A stretch of 64,000 nt of DNA. Origin: Enterobacter phage ZX14. The stretch lies in the sequence record PP236086.1; one strand, given 5' to 3'. The notes beneath the pieces are model-generated. The model had not been told where the DNA came from, did no database searches, and was given only the letters and a program-made list of their open reading frames with translations. The position numbers and the translations under genes are program-made. Numbering within the stretch: the stretch's first letter is position 1; each line of letters begins with the position of its first letter. This document shows positions 1-10,060 of the stretch, one piece after another.

Positions 1-323
1 TGTTTGAAAGAAATGACACGGAAGTTATTTGTCAGTTCTTTCATGAATGAACGTTGGCCTTGAGCAATTTCAATCAGACCCCAATCTTCAAGCAGCCATG
101 TAATAGAGTCACGACGAGTTTCATCTTCTTCAGTGAATTCAACTTGTCGACCATCCATCTTTAACATTTCTTTAAAATGAACAATGTAATATTTTTCTTG
201 TTTATGAAGAATATGACAACTCTGATAAAGAACTTTATCTTTATTGTTCGCAATACCCATACGAGTCAGAGTTTCTTTGACCTTCAAGAAGTCTTCTGGA
301 TTTTTCAGTTTAATTTCAATCAT
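1..323 (-). CDS. regA: Translational repressor RegA, N-terminal part (C-terminus lies beyond the window start)
   Basis: Reverse translation from ATG at 323-321 gives MIEIKLKNPEDFLKVKETLTRMGIANNKDKVLYQSCHILHK..., as T4 RegA. The position next to gene 62 matches T4. Confidence 0.85.
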   Translation of the reverse strand, partial: MIEIKLKNPEDFLKVKETLTRMGIANNKDKVLYQSCHILHKQEKYYIVHFKEMLKMDGRQVEFTEEDETRRDSITWLLEDWGLIEIAQGQRSFMKELTNNFRVISFK

Positions 324-324
324 G

Positions 325-897
325 TTACCATTCCAATGCTTTCTTTTTCAAATCTTTTTGTTCTTTAACATTCTTGGTCACATCTTTTAAGAATTCGTCT
401 GTGACAAGCCCTTTCATCTTCTTCAACATTGCAGGAAGATGTCCTTTAGCTTTATATGTAGTGAGATACATACGAGCATCGTCATTGTTGATATTGTGAT
501 ACTTCATAAGAAGTTTAAGTAAGAATACTTCATTCACTTCATCATCGTGGGCCTTAGCCCACTTACCAAATCTTTTACCTTTAGGAACAGAATGAAGCAA
601 ATAGTTAAAATGACTTTGGTCATCAAGTTTCAAACAGTTAGCCATTGCTGCCTGCATAATACAATCAACATGCTGACTTAAACTATTATTCACCCAGAAC
701 TGATTATAGTTCTCAGAGGCGTTCAGGTTACGTTGTTTCTTACCGAATGTGATATCGTTCATGATAGCGAACAATTCATTCTCAGCTTTCTCTTTGAATG
801 AATCAGCTAGCTCACGAATCTTATCTTCGTCACGAGACTTCCAAGCAATCTCGTGTTCGTTCAGTTCAACATCATCATCAAAAAGACTTACAGCCAT
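325..897 (-). CDS. 62: Clamp loader small subunit gp62
   Basis: The 190 aa ORF resembles T4 gp62 (187 aa; ...NEHEIAW..., ...GLVTDEFLKDVTKNVKEQK...). Its start overlaps the 3' end of gene 44 as in T4. Confidence 0.85.
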   Translation of the reverse strand: MAVSLFDDDVELNEHEIAWKSRDEDKIRELADSFKEKAENELFAIMNDITFGKKQRNLNASENYNQFWVNNSLSQHVDCIMQAAMANCLKLDDQSHFNYLLHSVPKGKRFGKWAKAHDDEVNEVFLLKLLMKYHNINNDDARMYLTTYKAKGHLPAMLKKMKGLVTDEFLKDVTKNVKEQKDLKKKALEW

Positions 898-1847
898 TGG
901 AGCTCCAGAGCAAGTTGGATGAACAAATAGGTCATGTGAATTTCAGGGTTAGCAGCGATACCATGATACTGATTATTTTCACCGACAATTTCATACATTC
1001 TAACAATGCTTGGTCCAGGCAATTTAGTATAAACGTCATTTGCCAGAGCTTGTACAAAGTTTGCATAATCGTTTACGTGTCGTGGAGCTAATGAACGAAG
1101 AGTTTTAAAGTCTTTAGCTTTCAATGCATCAACAACATCATCAATAGGAGTACGAGTATTCATCACAATGCTCAGAATACCTGCATCAATCTTACCTGAC
1201 TGACTATATTGGTCGAGAAGATTAACAACCTTGCGGAAGTCTGGGAAGTTGTGCTTAACCAGGGCACCAATGACCTTAAGGTCTTCAACTTCAACTTCTT
1301 CGTTTTTACAGATTTCAACAGAACGACGAATCATTTCTTTCATCATCGAATTCTGGTCTGCAGGAGTTGCTTCACCAAACGTAATAACACGACAACGCGA
1401 TTGCAGTGGAGTAATGATGCCGTCAATGCTATTAGCTGTAATAACTACTGAACAGTTAGAAGAATATGCATCAATAAATGAACGCATATAACGCTGGGAT
1501 TCTGCTACACCTTGTGAATCATATTCGTCAATAACAATTACTTTACGTCGACCTTCAATTGATTTAGAAGATGCAAAACGAGTCAGTTCATTACGGACAA
1601 AATCAATACGGCAGTCAGAACCTTTAACAAAGAACATTTCTGAATTCGTATCATTACATAATGCACGTGCAACAGTTGTTTTACCTGTACCAGGACTTGC
1701 TGAAACTAAAATAAGGTTCGGTACAAGCCCTTTAGCCACGATACCTTCAAAGATTTTCTTATCTTCAGCAGGAAGAATACATTCAGAAATAGTTCCTGGA
1801 CGATACTTCAATTCCCACATGAATTCTTTATTGTTTACTGTCAACAT
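888..1847 (-). CDS. 44: Clamp loader large subunit gp44 (AAA+ ATPase)
   Basis: Starting at the internal ATG 1847 (GAGG SD upstream) gives 319 aa, the T4 gp44 length. It carries Walker A SPGTGKTT, a DEYD box, and ends MYEIVGENNQYHGIAAN... Confidence 0.9.
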   Translation of the reverse strand: MLTVNNKEFMWELKYRPGTISECILPAEDKKIFEGIVAKGLVPNLILVSASPGTGKTTVARALCNDTNSEMFFVKGSDCRIDFVRNELTRFASSKSIEGRRKVIVIDEYDSQGVAESQRYMRSFIDAYSSNCSVVITANSIDGIITPLQSRCRVITFGEATPADQNSMMKEMIRRSVEICKNEEVEVEDLKVIGALVKHNFPDFRKVVNLLDQYSQSGKIDAGILSIVMNTRTPIDDVVDALKAKDFKTLRSLAPRHVNDYANFVQALANDVYTKLPGPSIVRMYEIVGENNQYHGIAANPEIHMTYLFIQLALELQWL

Positions 1848-1905
1848 ATCATTTTCCTCAGTTAGTTTCACTTAATACTCCAAGGAGACCGAAGTCTCCT
1901 TTATT

Positions 1906-2592
1906 TTAAAACGAATGGCTAGAGCCTTCTTCCATTGCAATAACATAGGAAGCTTGTGAACCTTCAAACTTAGCAGCGAACTTTTTATCAGCAGCCCACA
2001 GATGGACACGATAATCAGCAGGAATCATTTTCAGGTTCGTTTTGTTAATGATGAATTTAAAATCAGGACCATCATGGTCGCCAACAACCAGAGAGTACAG
2101 TTGGCGGTTCAGGTCTTTGTCTTCAAGTTGGTTATGTCCATCAATAACGATTTTACCATCTTTAGCACGAATAACCAGTGTATCAATTTTCAGACCGTTC
2201 GAAGCACGCAGCAACTGTTGCAGGTCTTCGCCTTTAAGATCGAAAATAACCTTAGCCACTGGGAAAGGAATTTTCTTGGCTGGGAATACAATAGTGCTTG
2301 GGTCGGCCACTGGCCAGAAGATTGTAGAACGTTGGTCACGAATAACCAGATTAGTTTCATCTTCACTTACAGAAACTTCAGCAGAATCAGAAACCAGGCC
2401 AAGAATAGACAGGAACCCGTTCAGGTCATAGATTGCTGCTTCGAAATCAATTTCATCATTGATTTCTGCTTCACCATAACTTGCGCCTGATACAGAACGA
2501 GTCAGAATTGTATTACCTGGACGGAGCATGATACCAGAGTAAATGGAAGAGAAGTTTTTCAGTACGGAGATAGTATCTTTAGAGAATTTCAT
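1906..2592 (-). CDS. 45: Sliding clamp gp45
   Basis: 228 aa, identical in length to T4 gp45; starts MKFSKDTISVLKNFSSI. Confidence 0.9.
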   Translation of the reverse strand: MKFSKDTISVLKNFSSIYSGIMLRPGNTILTRSVSGASYGEAEINDEIDFEAAIYDLNGFLSILGLVSDSAEVSVSEDETNLVIRDQRSTIFWPVADPSTIVFPAKKIPFPVAKVIFDLKGEDLQQLLRASNGLKIDTLVIRAKDGKIVIDGHNQLEDKDLNRQLYSLVVGDHDGPDFKFIINKTNLKMIPADYRVHLWAADKKFAAKFEGSQASYVIAMEEGSSHSF

Positions 2593-2620
2593 TTAATTAC
2601 CTTTTATTCAAGTCAGTTAA

Positions 2621-3052
2621 TTATACAACAGCTTCGATTACAGCCATTTGTTTCTTAATTGCAGCTGGCAGAGATTCGATGAATTCTGGAATACTCGCAG
2701 CAATAATTTCAGCAGCCTGAATAAGTTGTTCATCTGCATCAACACAATATTCATCTTCAAGACGATCAGCGCCAACAGAATCCATTACGAACTTAGCACC
2801 AGCAGCTACACTGTCGGCAATATGCTTACGCATGATTTCGAGCCATTTGTCATTTACTTCATCATCAATAGCTTCATAAAGCATGAATTTAGTTTCTTGT
2901 GGCAGTGATTGCAGTCGAGTAGCAGAATCAGCATCACAATGCAGAACCCATGCACGACGAATTTTGTTTTGGTTGTTAGGGTTAGAATCGGTACGGACGT
3001 TTTTAGGTTGGATATCACGAGCGGTAATGCCGATTGCAGAAGCGTATGTCAT
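2621..3052 (-). CDS. rpbA: RNA polymerase-binding protein RpbA-like
   Basis: A 143 aa ORF in the T4 rpbA position between 45 and 45.2; assignment is by synteny. Confidence 0.55.
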   Translation of the reverse strand: MTYASAIGITARDIQPKNVRTDSNPNNQNKIRRAWVLHCDADSATRLQSLPQETKFMLYEAIDDEVNDKWLEIMRKHIADSVAAGAKFVMDSVGADRLEDEYCVDADEQLIQAAEIIAASIPEFIESLPAAIKKQMAVIEAVV

Positions 3053-3151
3053 ATTATTTCTCTCTAATCAAGTTATTCATTTAACGTGGTAATTTTAACA
3101 TAAGTAATTGAAAGCATTCGGATTAAGCTATTCAATTACTTATTCACTTAC

Positions 3152-3346
3152 TTATTCAAAATACTCATAGACGAACCATGATGTATTTCTTCCAGACATT
3201 ATCTTATCACACTCGTCAAGAAAAGCATCTCTCAACATTTTTTCAGTAACAAGATGATAAGTCTCGTTGATATTGTTTACTAACACATATCGTTTTAAAT
3301 CAGGGGCGGCCAGCAAGTGCTGGCCTGTTGTAAATTCAATTGCCAT
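3152..3346 (-). CDS. 45.2: Gene 45.2-like small protein
   Basis: A 64 aa ORF immediately upstream of gene 46, as T4 45.2 (62 aa). Confidence 0.55.
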   Translation of the reverse strand: MAIEFTTGQHLLAAPDLKRYVLVNNINETYHLVTEKMLRDAFLDECDKIMSGRNTSWFVYEYFE

Positions 3347-5028
3347 TATTCCATCACCGTGAAACGACCTACTTTCTTCATTTGAAGATGTTGGCCATAT
3401 GCCTGTGGGTCATGGTCTCTGTGACTGATAATGAAAATGTTCGTATCTTTAAGACTATTAAGAATCATACCAATAGTTTTAACACCGTCGGTATCAGTAG
3501 CCGAATCGAATACCTCATCAAGAATCAACGTGGATATATTAACACCACTTACCTGAGAAGCAATATCACGCCATGTAAACAACAGAGCGATATCGATACG
3601 AGCCTTTTCACCTTGGCTAAAGCTGAAATAGCTAAAGTCTTCACGACCACGAGATTTAATCGTTTCGTTAAATTCTTCATCTAAAGTGAATACATAATCG
3701 GCTTCCATGATTTTCAAGTAGTGGTTAATCTTCTTGTTAAACATTGGAATGTACTTCTTAATGATTGCACCTTTGATGCCAGAATCTTTCAACATCTCTG
3801 TCAAAATACCACGATGGTATTTTTCCATTACGAGCGTTGTTTTTTCTTTAACTAATTTATCAAGTTCTACTTGAAGCTTAGCAATCTCATCAGCATGGCT
3901 AATGAATTCTGCAGCAGCCTGGTCAATAAGAACTTTAACTTTCTTGGCCTTTTCTACAGCAGTGATTGCAGTAGATTTATGAGCCTGAATTTGGTTCTTG
4001 ATTTCACGAGCTTTACCTTGTTGAGCATGAACTTCATCTTGAATCAATTTCAGCTCACGATATTGTTCGTTTATTTTATCTAAAGATTTTTGAAGCTCAA
4101 AGTTTTTGTCTTTAATTTTAGTCAAGACATTACCATGTTCTTCAAGCCCCTGCATACATGTAGGACAATGCCCACCTGTCTCATAAAGCTTAACGACTTT
4201 ATCAAATGTCGCAATTTGATTCTTGATACTGAATCCTTCATTGCTCAGGTCACTCAGGCGAGCGCTAGGGTCATCATCGATGATAACGGCAAGTAAATCA
4301 TCAGTTAACTTTTCGATGTTCGCCTTGGCCGCCCTGGCTTCGCTTACTAAGTCATCGTACATTGTCTGCAGACGAGCAGCATTCTCACCAGATAATTTCT
4401 TCTGACGTTCTTCGTTGTCATTATAGATTTTAATCTGTTGAGTGATACCATCTTGCTTAACATCAATAACTTGGATTTGGCTATTAGTTTCACGAATCAA
4501 AGATTTGTTCAACTTATCCATTTCGGCCAGAATACTTACTTCGAGCAGATCCTCGACAAGTTTTCTTCGAGCGGGAGTTGACAATCCCATGAAAGGAGTA
4601 TATCCAGCCGTTCCGAGTACGACAACCTGTTTGAAGCTTGAATAAGACATTCCAATGAGCTGCTCAAACTGTTCTTGAAAGTCTTTGGCGGAGGCAGATT
4701 CGTCGAGAGGTTTACCGTTAACACTGATTTCGAAGACATTTGGTTTTTGTCCACGTTTGATGTAATATTCTTTTCCATCAAATTCCATCCAGAGTTCGAC
4801 CAAAAGGTCTTTCTTGTTAGAACTGTTTACGAGCTGGCCTTTCTTGACATCACGGAATGGTTTACCGAATAAAGCAAATGTAATTGCTTCAAGGAATGTT
4901 GACTTACCTGCGCCATTCTTACCAGTTACAAGAGTCTTTTGGACCTTATCAAGTTCAATAGTGATGGGCGCTGCGCCCACCGACATAATATTTTTATAGA
5001 TGACTTTCTTTAGCTTAAACGTTTTCAT
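3346..5028 (-). CDS. 46: Recombination endonuclease subunit gp46 (SbcC/Rad50-like ATPase)
   Basis: 560 aa, the T4 gp46 length. Has Walker A GKNGAGKST, a coiled-coil with CPTC zinc hook, and the C-terminal ...LILDEVFDS... D-loop. Confidence 0.92.
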   Translation of the reverse strand: MKTFKLKKVIYKNIMSVGAAPITIELDKVQKTLVTGKNGAGKSTFLEAITFALFGKPFRDVKKGQLVNSSNKKDLLVELWMEFDGKEYYIKRGQKPNVFEISVNGKPLDESASAKDFQEQFEQLIGMSYSSFKQVVVLGTAGYTPFMGLSTPARRKLVEDLLEVSILAEMDKLNKSLIRETNSQIQVIDVKQDGITQQIKIYNDNEERQKKLSGENAARLQTMYDDLVSEARAAKANIEKLTDDLLAVIIDDDPSARLSDLSNEGFSIKNQIATFDKVVKLYETGGHCPTCMQGLEEHGNVLTKIKDKNFELQKSLDKINEQYRELKLIQDEVHAQQGKAREIKNQIQAHKSTAITAVEKAKKVKVLIDQAAAEFISHADEIAKLQVELDKLVKEKTTLVMEKYHRGILTEMLKDSGIKGAIIKKYIPMFNKKINHYLKIMEADYVFTLDEEFNETIKSRGREDFSYFSFSQGEKARIDIALLFTWRDIASQVSGVNISTLILDEVFDSATDTDGVKTIGMILNSLKDTNIFIISHRDHDPQAYGQHLQMKKVGRFTVME

Positions 5029-5249
5029 GTATTGTTCCTTCGAATCTCTTGTTCAGCATATTCTAGCATTTCTTCGGAAGAATCAAATACACCGTCGAGT
5101 TCCATAGCCCATGAAACACCTTCAGAATATTCGGAGGTAACGTACATAGTTCCTGTATACCAAGAACCATCTACGTCCCATTCAATGTTACCAAACCAGC
5201 CATCACCAATATGGAAATCATGTTTATACATTTTCACTATACCATTCAT
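5025..5249 (-). CDS. Hypothetical protein (46.1 position)
   Basis: A 74 aa ORF between 46 and 47, matching the T4 46.1/46.2 arrangement. Confidence 0.5.
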   Translation of the reverse strand: MNGIVKMYKHDFHIGDGWFGNIEWDVDGSWYTGTMYVTSEYSEGVSWAMELDGVFDSSEEMLEYAEQEIRRNNT

Positions 5250-5481
5250 CCTTAATAAGAGTTTCGGCTAATTCTAATACGTAAGTAGGAGTATCATCCG
5301 GATATGCATTAAAACTAAACTCTACACCCATATCTGTAGTAACATGATAACCTTCGGCATTTAAATCATCATCGAATTTAGCACTGATATTATATTTGAT
5401 GTAAAAAGTACAGTCAAGATGTTCCACATAACAGACATGCTCTTCATGCATATAAGAGCCCATGAATACATCATATTTCAT
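5224..5481 (-). CDS. Hypothetical protein (46.2 position)
   Basis: An 85 aa ORF abutting the gene 47 stop. Confidence 0.5.
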   Translation of the reverse strand: MKYDVFMGSYMHEEHVCYVEHLDCTFYIKYNISAKFDDDLNAEGYHVTTDMGVEFSFNAYPDDTPTYVLELAETLIKDEWYSENV

Positions 5482-6497
5482 TTACTCACCTCAATATAAA
5501 GTTGTTTAGCTAATGACTTCAATGATTTACGGTCTTCATCAGAATGACCATCCGGAAGAGCGTCAATATAGTCTTCCATCAAATCAAGCAATGACTTGAT
5601 GTCGACTTCTTCATCACTATCATTATCTACACTGTCATCAACCTTCGAAACAATCCTAAGTGAATGAACTACTTTTTCGAGTTCACTTTCAAACTTAGGT
5701 AGTCCTTTATCAACTTGCTCAACAATGACACGAACTGCCAGATTTTTAAATTCGTCGTAATTGATTGTTTCGTTGGGATAACTAATCTTACGGTGCCATG
5801 TTGTAGAATTTGGGACGAAGTCAAACGTCGCTTTTTGAGTGTCCTGAACCCAGAATCCTCGAGGATCGTTTTCGTCGCCTGCTGTAAGCGTCCATGGTGT
5901 GCCGATGTATTTGACATTAGCTGCGCTAGAGATTGTGTGGAAATGGCCTGACCACACTTGTTTGTATTTTTTGAGGAAGTCTGGTTCGAGCCCATGAGAT
6001 TTCATTCCTTTATAGAAATAGAAGCCGTTAAGTTCCCAATGCCCAATACAATATTCAGCAGAACTTGTTTTGATATGTTCCATGATTTCAGTTGTGTTTT
6101 CGTCACACATCCATGGAATCAAATCAATCAACGTACCATCGAAATCCATTGAAACAGGTTTTTCGATAACGGTTACGTTCGAATATTTTCCAAGAACTTC
6201 TTGAGCCGCGTTAGGAGTCAATGTGTTCTTGTAGTGCATGTCGTGGTTACCAACAATGGTAATCAGATGAATACCTGCTTCAGCCAGCTCTTCAATAATC
6301 TGACGAGCGAATTCCATACACTTGTGTGTAATCGCTTTACGTACGTCGAAGATATCACCGTACTGAATAATAGTTTTGATATTGTGCTTTTTGGCATAAG
6401 CAATATGTTCACGAATACCCTTTAATTGAATTTCTTGAACCCAAGGGTCATCTGCTTTTACACCTAAGTGCCAATCACCGGAATGGATAATTTTCAT
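5478..6497 (-). CDS. 47: Recombination nuclease subunit gp47 (SbcD/Mre11-like)
   Basis: 339 aa, the T4 gp47 length. Carries phosphoesterase motifs GDWHLG, GDIFD, GNHD and GHFH. Confidence 0.92.
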   Translation of the reverse strand: MKIIHSGDWHLGVKADDPWVQEIQLKGIREHIAYAKKHNIKTIIQYGDIFDVRKAITHKCMEFARQIIEELAEAGIHLITIVGNHDMHYKNTLTPNAAQEVLGKYSNVTVIEKPVSMDFDGTLIDLIPWMCDENTTEIMEHIKTSSAEYCIGHWELNGFYFYKGMKSHGLEPDFLKKYKQVWSGHFHTISSAANVKYIGTPWTLTAGDENDPRGFWVQDTQKATFDFVPNSTTWHRKISYPNETINYDEFKNLAVRVIVEQVDKGLPKFESELEKVVHSLRIVSKVDDSVDNDSDEEVDIKSLLDLMEDYIDALPDGHSDEDRKSLKSLAKQLYIEVSK

Positions 6498-6540
6498 TTG
6501 TTCACCTCTGTAGTCATTATATCTCCCGATTTGATAGCAA

Positions 6541-6560
6541 AAAAGGGCCGAAGCCCTTTA
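6541..6560 (-). terminator. Bidirectional intrinsic terminator hairpin (GGGC-UUCG-GCCC + U-run)
   Basis: aaaagggccgaagcccttt flanked by A/T runs on both sides. Confidence 0.6.
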
Positions 6561-6740
6561 AATTTTCTTGTATGTGATTGTGCCTTCGGCTTTAGCTTTT
6601 TCTAACGATTCTTTAAATCGTCTCATTGCTTCAACCTTACCGGCACGAACCTTTTCGTAATCAGGTTTAGATGAGTTCTGTACTGATGAAGACATCTACA
6701 TCCTCTGCATTAACAAAGAATTCCGAGCAATCAGGTTCTC

Positions 6741-6986
6741 TTACCATTGATACCACCTTTTAACCATTATTGTATCTACCCAAACAACTTCTTTAGGATT
6801 AGCCTTAATAGCTGGGCCTGTGTCGCCCAGGACACGATAGTGGGTTTCGGATAACTTAACAGCCATAACACCATCAGCTACAGACAAAGTGAACCCTGCG
6901 TTAACCTTGAGACGCTTAAACGGTTTTTGTACCAGCATTGATAATATTCCAGATTTGTTGACGAGTAGTTTCCCACATCGTGGCAA
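6741..6986 (-). CDS. Hypothetical small protein
   Basis: An 81 aa ORF that overlaps the next ORF; it may start at an internal Met. Confidence 0.3.
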   Translation of the reverse strand: MPRCGKLLVNKSGILSMLVQKPFKRLKVNAGFTLSVADGVMAVKLSETHYRVLGDTGPAIKANPKEVVWVDTIMVKRWYQW

Positions 6987-7230
6987 TCATGTCGTCGGTG
7001 TAAGGTTGACGATAGATTTTACGCAACTTTTTAATTGCATATTCATACGCCGGATAATTATTTTCTAATACAGCACCTTGAGCGTGCAGGTTCAAACGTT
7101 GGATTTCACGTTTGTTCTTTTTAAGAATTGCATCCGCCTGAGCTGTAGCTTCTTTAGCATTTGCTTCTTCTAGACGCTTCTGGGCTTCTTCAATTTGTTC
7201 ATCAGTCAATTGAGATAGGCTGTCAATCAT
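6916..7230 (-). CDS. Hypothetical protein
   Basis: A 104 aa ORF between 47 and 55; no alpha-glucosyltransferase is present here. Confidence 0.45.
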   Translation of the reverse strand: MIDSLSQLTDEQIEEAQKRLEEANAKEATAQADAILKKNKREIQRLNLHAQGAVLENNYPAYEYAIKKLRKIYRQPYTDDMIATMWETTRQQIWNIINAGTKTV

Positions 7231-7232
7231 TG

Positions 7233-7484
7233 TTATTCCTTAGGAGTCAATTCAATATCGAGATAGAACAAATCATCAATTAAATGATAAGAATATTCTA
7301 CCTCATTTTCTTCACTGGTCAATTCAACGCGACCAGGATTTAATGGGTCAATTGAAATCGGTAAATTTTCAACGTCTCGTAAATACATCTTAAGCAAATA
7401 CGGTAATGCTGACACATCGTCACCGATTTCATCTAGAAACCCAGTGAGGTTAATTTGAAGCCTCATATAAAAAATCCAATTCAC
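7233..7484 (-). CDS. Hypothetical protein
   Basis: An 83 aa acidic ORF directly downstream of gene 55. Confidence 0.45.
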   Translation of the reverse strand: MNWIFYMRLQINLTGFLDEIGDDVSALPYLLKMYLRDVENLPISIDPLNPGRVELTSEENEVEYSYHLIDDLFYLDIELTPKE

Positions 7485-8025
7485 CTTCTTTAGGTTCGTC
7501 GCTCTTATCAGACCCTGGCGTCTTAATTAAAGAAGTTTCATACTGCGTCATTTTATCGTAGATATCTTGAATGAATGTTTCATCTGCCATGCCTACGATA
7601 TCATCGTCACCTGCGTCATAGACGTTGTGGACGAAGTAGCTGTATTTCTTTGCCATTTCTTTACGTTCTTTTTTGATACGCTGAACGAAGGCATTAAAAC
7701 AAGCCATTGTGATATACGCATGTGGGTTATCATATTTCGTTTCATCGAAGTTATGGAGACCTTTAATCGCCGCTTCGATGCCATCTGCTATCATTTCTTC
7801 TTTCCAGGATTGGGTATATCCTGAGAAGTTGAAGCGTTTTGACAGACCTTGTGCAATGAGCATAATTGCCAAACCAATAACATCATTCTGGCGAACGATT
7901 TTGTTCGGGTCTTTATTAGCTCGGAGCTTTTCTTTCCATTCGGAAATAGCTTTTAAAAGCTCCTTATTATTTACATAATTGTTTTTGGTCAGACGTGGTT
8001 GTTCCATATAAGCCTCTTTACTCAA
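7450..8025 (-). CDS. 55: Late-transcription sigma factor gp55
   Basis: ...[18 protein letters not shown]...[39 protein letters not shown]... is near-identical to T4 gp55. The true start is probably the internal Met, giving about 185 aa. Confidence 0.9.
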   Translation of the reverse strand: MSKEAYMEQPRLTKNNYVNNKELLKAISEWKEKLRANKDPNKIVRQNDVIGLAIMLIAQGLSKRFNFSGYTQSWKEEMIADGIEAAIKGLHNFDETKYDNPHAYITMACFNAFVQRIKKERKEMAKKYSYFVHNVYDAGDDDIVGMADETFIQDIYDKMTQYETSLIKTPGSDKSDEPKEGELDFLYEASN

Positions 8026-8072
8026 TTCATAGGTCCATTATATCATAGGTTGAGGGACCTGAATTTAAAGCA

Positions 8073-8345
8073 TCAAAAGGCGTTAGGACATGTCTCGTTC
8101 CAATGCTGTCGAACAATACCAGCAAAACGGTTAAATTCAATCGGATTCAACATAGGACGGTTATTAACCTTTGTTGCATGATGAATAGCACCTAAAAACA
8201 TCGACTGGTTAATAACCAAGTCGCGAAGATGGCTTTCAAAAAGTTCACCAGCAGAGTCATCAATATAATGAATAGTATTATCTTTGCTTAGGATAAGCAT
8301 ACCATCTAAAGTAAGAAAACGATAAGGTATTTTAAGATTAATCAT
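8073..8345 (-). CDS. Hypothetical protein
   Basis: 90 aa ORF. Confidence 0.4.
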   Translation of the reverse strand: MINLKIPYRFLTLDGMLILSKDNTIHYIDDSAGELFESHLRDLVINQSMFLGAIHHATKVNNRPMLNPIEFNRFAGIVRQHWNETCPNAF

Positions 8346-8611
8346 GGCAATTTCCTCAGAATCTGGTACATCTCAAACAGTCGTTCAGCAATAGATAAGA
8401 AATACTTATGTTGAATAGGGTCCATGCCGATATCAGCTAGATAAGCATTCAACTCACGATTCAGACGCTCATAATGGCTATGGTTCAGTTCAGAGATATG
8501 GAACTGATAACTATCATCGCATTCTTCAAACGGGATAAAATAAACTCCCATATGGCTATCAACGACCCATTGGCTGGTACCAACGTCAAGTGTTAAACGG
8601 TTATAAGCCAT
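8342..8611 (-). CDS. Hypothetical protein
   Basis: 89 aa ORF with ATGA overlap to neighbours. Confidence 0.4.
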   Translation of the reverse strand: MAYNRLTLDVGTSQWVVDSHMGVYFIPFEECDDSYQFHISELNHSHYERLNRELNAYLADIGMDPIQHKYFLSIAERLFEMYQILRKLP

Positions 8612-8829
8612 TACATTACTTCCTTAGCATAATCGACAGCCTGGAACACCGTAGGGAATTCGTCACGATATTCATAATGGTTTTCTTTAGTTTCATAAAG
8701 GAACCAACGTCCGAAGTCTTCTTCGATAATAAAGTTATCACCTTCGACCGTAGTTTGCCCTTCATCATTTTTAACCAGATATCCTAAGAGACGAAGATTA
8801 GCGATATCATCAGGAGTTAATTCAGTCAT
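8611..8829 (-). CDS. Hypothetical protein
   Basis: 72 aa acidic ORF. Confidence 0.4.
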   Translation of the reverse strand: MTELTPDDIANLRLLGYLVKNDEGQTTVEGDNFIIEEDFGRWFLYETKENHYEYRDEFPTVFQAVDYAKEVM

Positions 8830-9082
8830 TCAAATATTCCTTAAACTCTTCTAAATTCATAGCTTCATTCCACGCCAAAACAAGAGTTGCTTCAATGAAG
8901 AGTGAAGGCCTTTTAGTGCTAACCGGGTATATTCTACACTCACGTTTAGAGGCATTCAATAATCTGTAGCCGTTAACAATAGCTTCATACTTTGTAAATC
9001 TGGCGCTAGCTTTACGTAATTTAGGACCATCTTTATAAATGAGATAAACGCCTACATCTTCAGGAAGCTTATTCATAATCAA
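8822..9082 (-). CDS. Hypothetical protein
   Basis: 86 aa ORF. Confidence 0.4.
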   Translation of the reverse strand: MIMNKLPEDVGVYLIYKDGPKLRKASARFTKYEAIVNGYRLLNASKRECRIYPVSTKRPSLFIEATLVLAWNEAMNLEEFKEYLND

Positions 9083-9356
9083 AATATTCCTGTAGTTCTG
9101 AAACGGTTAAGCTTTCCATCCACATTTCGCCAATAGATGGTTCAAGCCAACCATATTTTTGTTCGGTGCCACCCATAGGGCGCGGGTAAATACGAAGGTT
9201 ATGAAGCTTACCTTCTACAAATAACTGGTTAAGTTCAATAGGGCCGATATAACCATGGACCTTTGAAACTTTAGAGTGCCAGAAATTAATCTTTTCTACT
9301 TTAAGTACTACGAATCTAGTACCGACCGGACATCCGGCTAAATTTAAGGCTGTCAT
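9069..9356 (-). CDS. Hypothetical protein
   Basis: 95 aa ORF. Confidence 0.4.
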   Translation of the reverse strand: MTALNLAGCPVGTRFVVLKVEKINFWHSKVSKVHGYIGPIELNQLFVEGKLHNLRIYPRPMGGTEQKYGWLEPSIGEMWMESLTVSELQEYFDYE

Positions 9357-9733
9357 TAGCTTGCTTCCTTAACAATTTTGAGGTCACGGAAGCCTTTCTT
9401 ACGCTGAGACTTCATACGCTTTATAGTCTTTTCAGAAATCTTGCCTGCATCAGGGTTATAAGTGCCTACACCGAAAGCAGGGGTGCTGAATTCAGACAGA
9501 ATATAAGCTACAACCAGTTCACGAATACGTGCCTTACCGATCTTCTGGTCGTTTTCTTTCATGGTACCGTGCAGATCATTTTCCCACTGATCGAGGATTT
9601 CAGGCGTAACGTATCCACCAGATTTCATGATGCTAACAACTTTGTCATAAGCGAAAGAGTTCAGAACGTTTTTGATAGCTTGAGACATAGCAAATTCCTC
9701 AGTAGTTAATATTTTGTTATCCAAGGAGGACAT
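9356..9733 (-). CDS. Hypothetical protein
   Basis: A 125 aa basic ORF preceded by an early-promoter cassette. Confidence 0.45.
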   Translation of the reverse strand: MSSLDNKILTTEEFAMSQAIKNVLNSFAYDKVVSIMKSGGYVTPEILDQWENDLHGTMKENDQKIGKARIRELVVAYILSEFSTPAFGVGTYNPDAGKISEKTIKRMKSQRKKGFRDLKIVKEAS

Positions 9734-9760
9734 TATACCCTGTCCTCATGGGTTTGTAAA

Positions 9761-10060
9761 TTATGAGATTCGCATTGCATCACGAATCAGATTAATAACC
9801 ATATCGGCTATATAGAAATCGATTTTAATACCGATATCGCTAAAGCGTTTACGAATGTCCATACGATCTGTAATAGACTCATTGCGTCGAATCAATGACA
9901 CACGAGGACCGTTAGCAAACTCTGCCACATAACTTGTTTCGGTTTCATCAACAGGCCATAATGTAATGAAAACAACTTGCTTTTCATTGTAAATGAAGCG
10001 AAGAATTGTTTTAGCATTTTTCAATTCTAATTTTGGTGTAGTACTGTCGAGTCTCATCAA
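9761..10060 (-). CDS. Hypothetical protein
   Basis: 99 aa ORF. Confidence 0.4.
   Translation of the reverse strand: MMRLDSTTPKLELKNAKTILRFIYNEKQVVFITLWPVDETETSYVAEFANGPRVSLIRRNESITDRMDIRKRFSDIGIKIDFYIADMVINLIRDAMRIS

Noticed and set aside
2002-2490. Plus-strand ORFs of 162 and 129 aa inside gene 45 (also 1209..1491, 3871..4083, 4090..4296, 5715..5951 and other plus-strand ORFs before 49000)
   Set aside because: They lie antisense to strongly conserved minus-strand genes with T4-identical lengths, have low-complexity or stop-rich neighbours, and lack SD sequences. They are treated as antisense artefacts.
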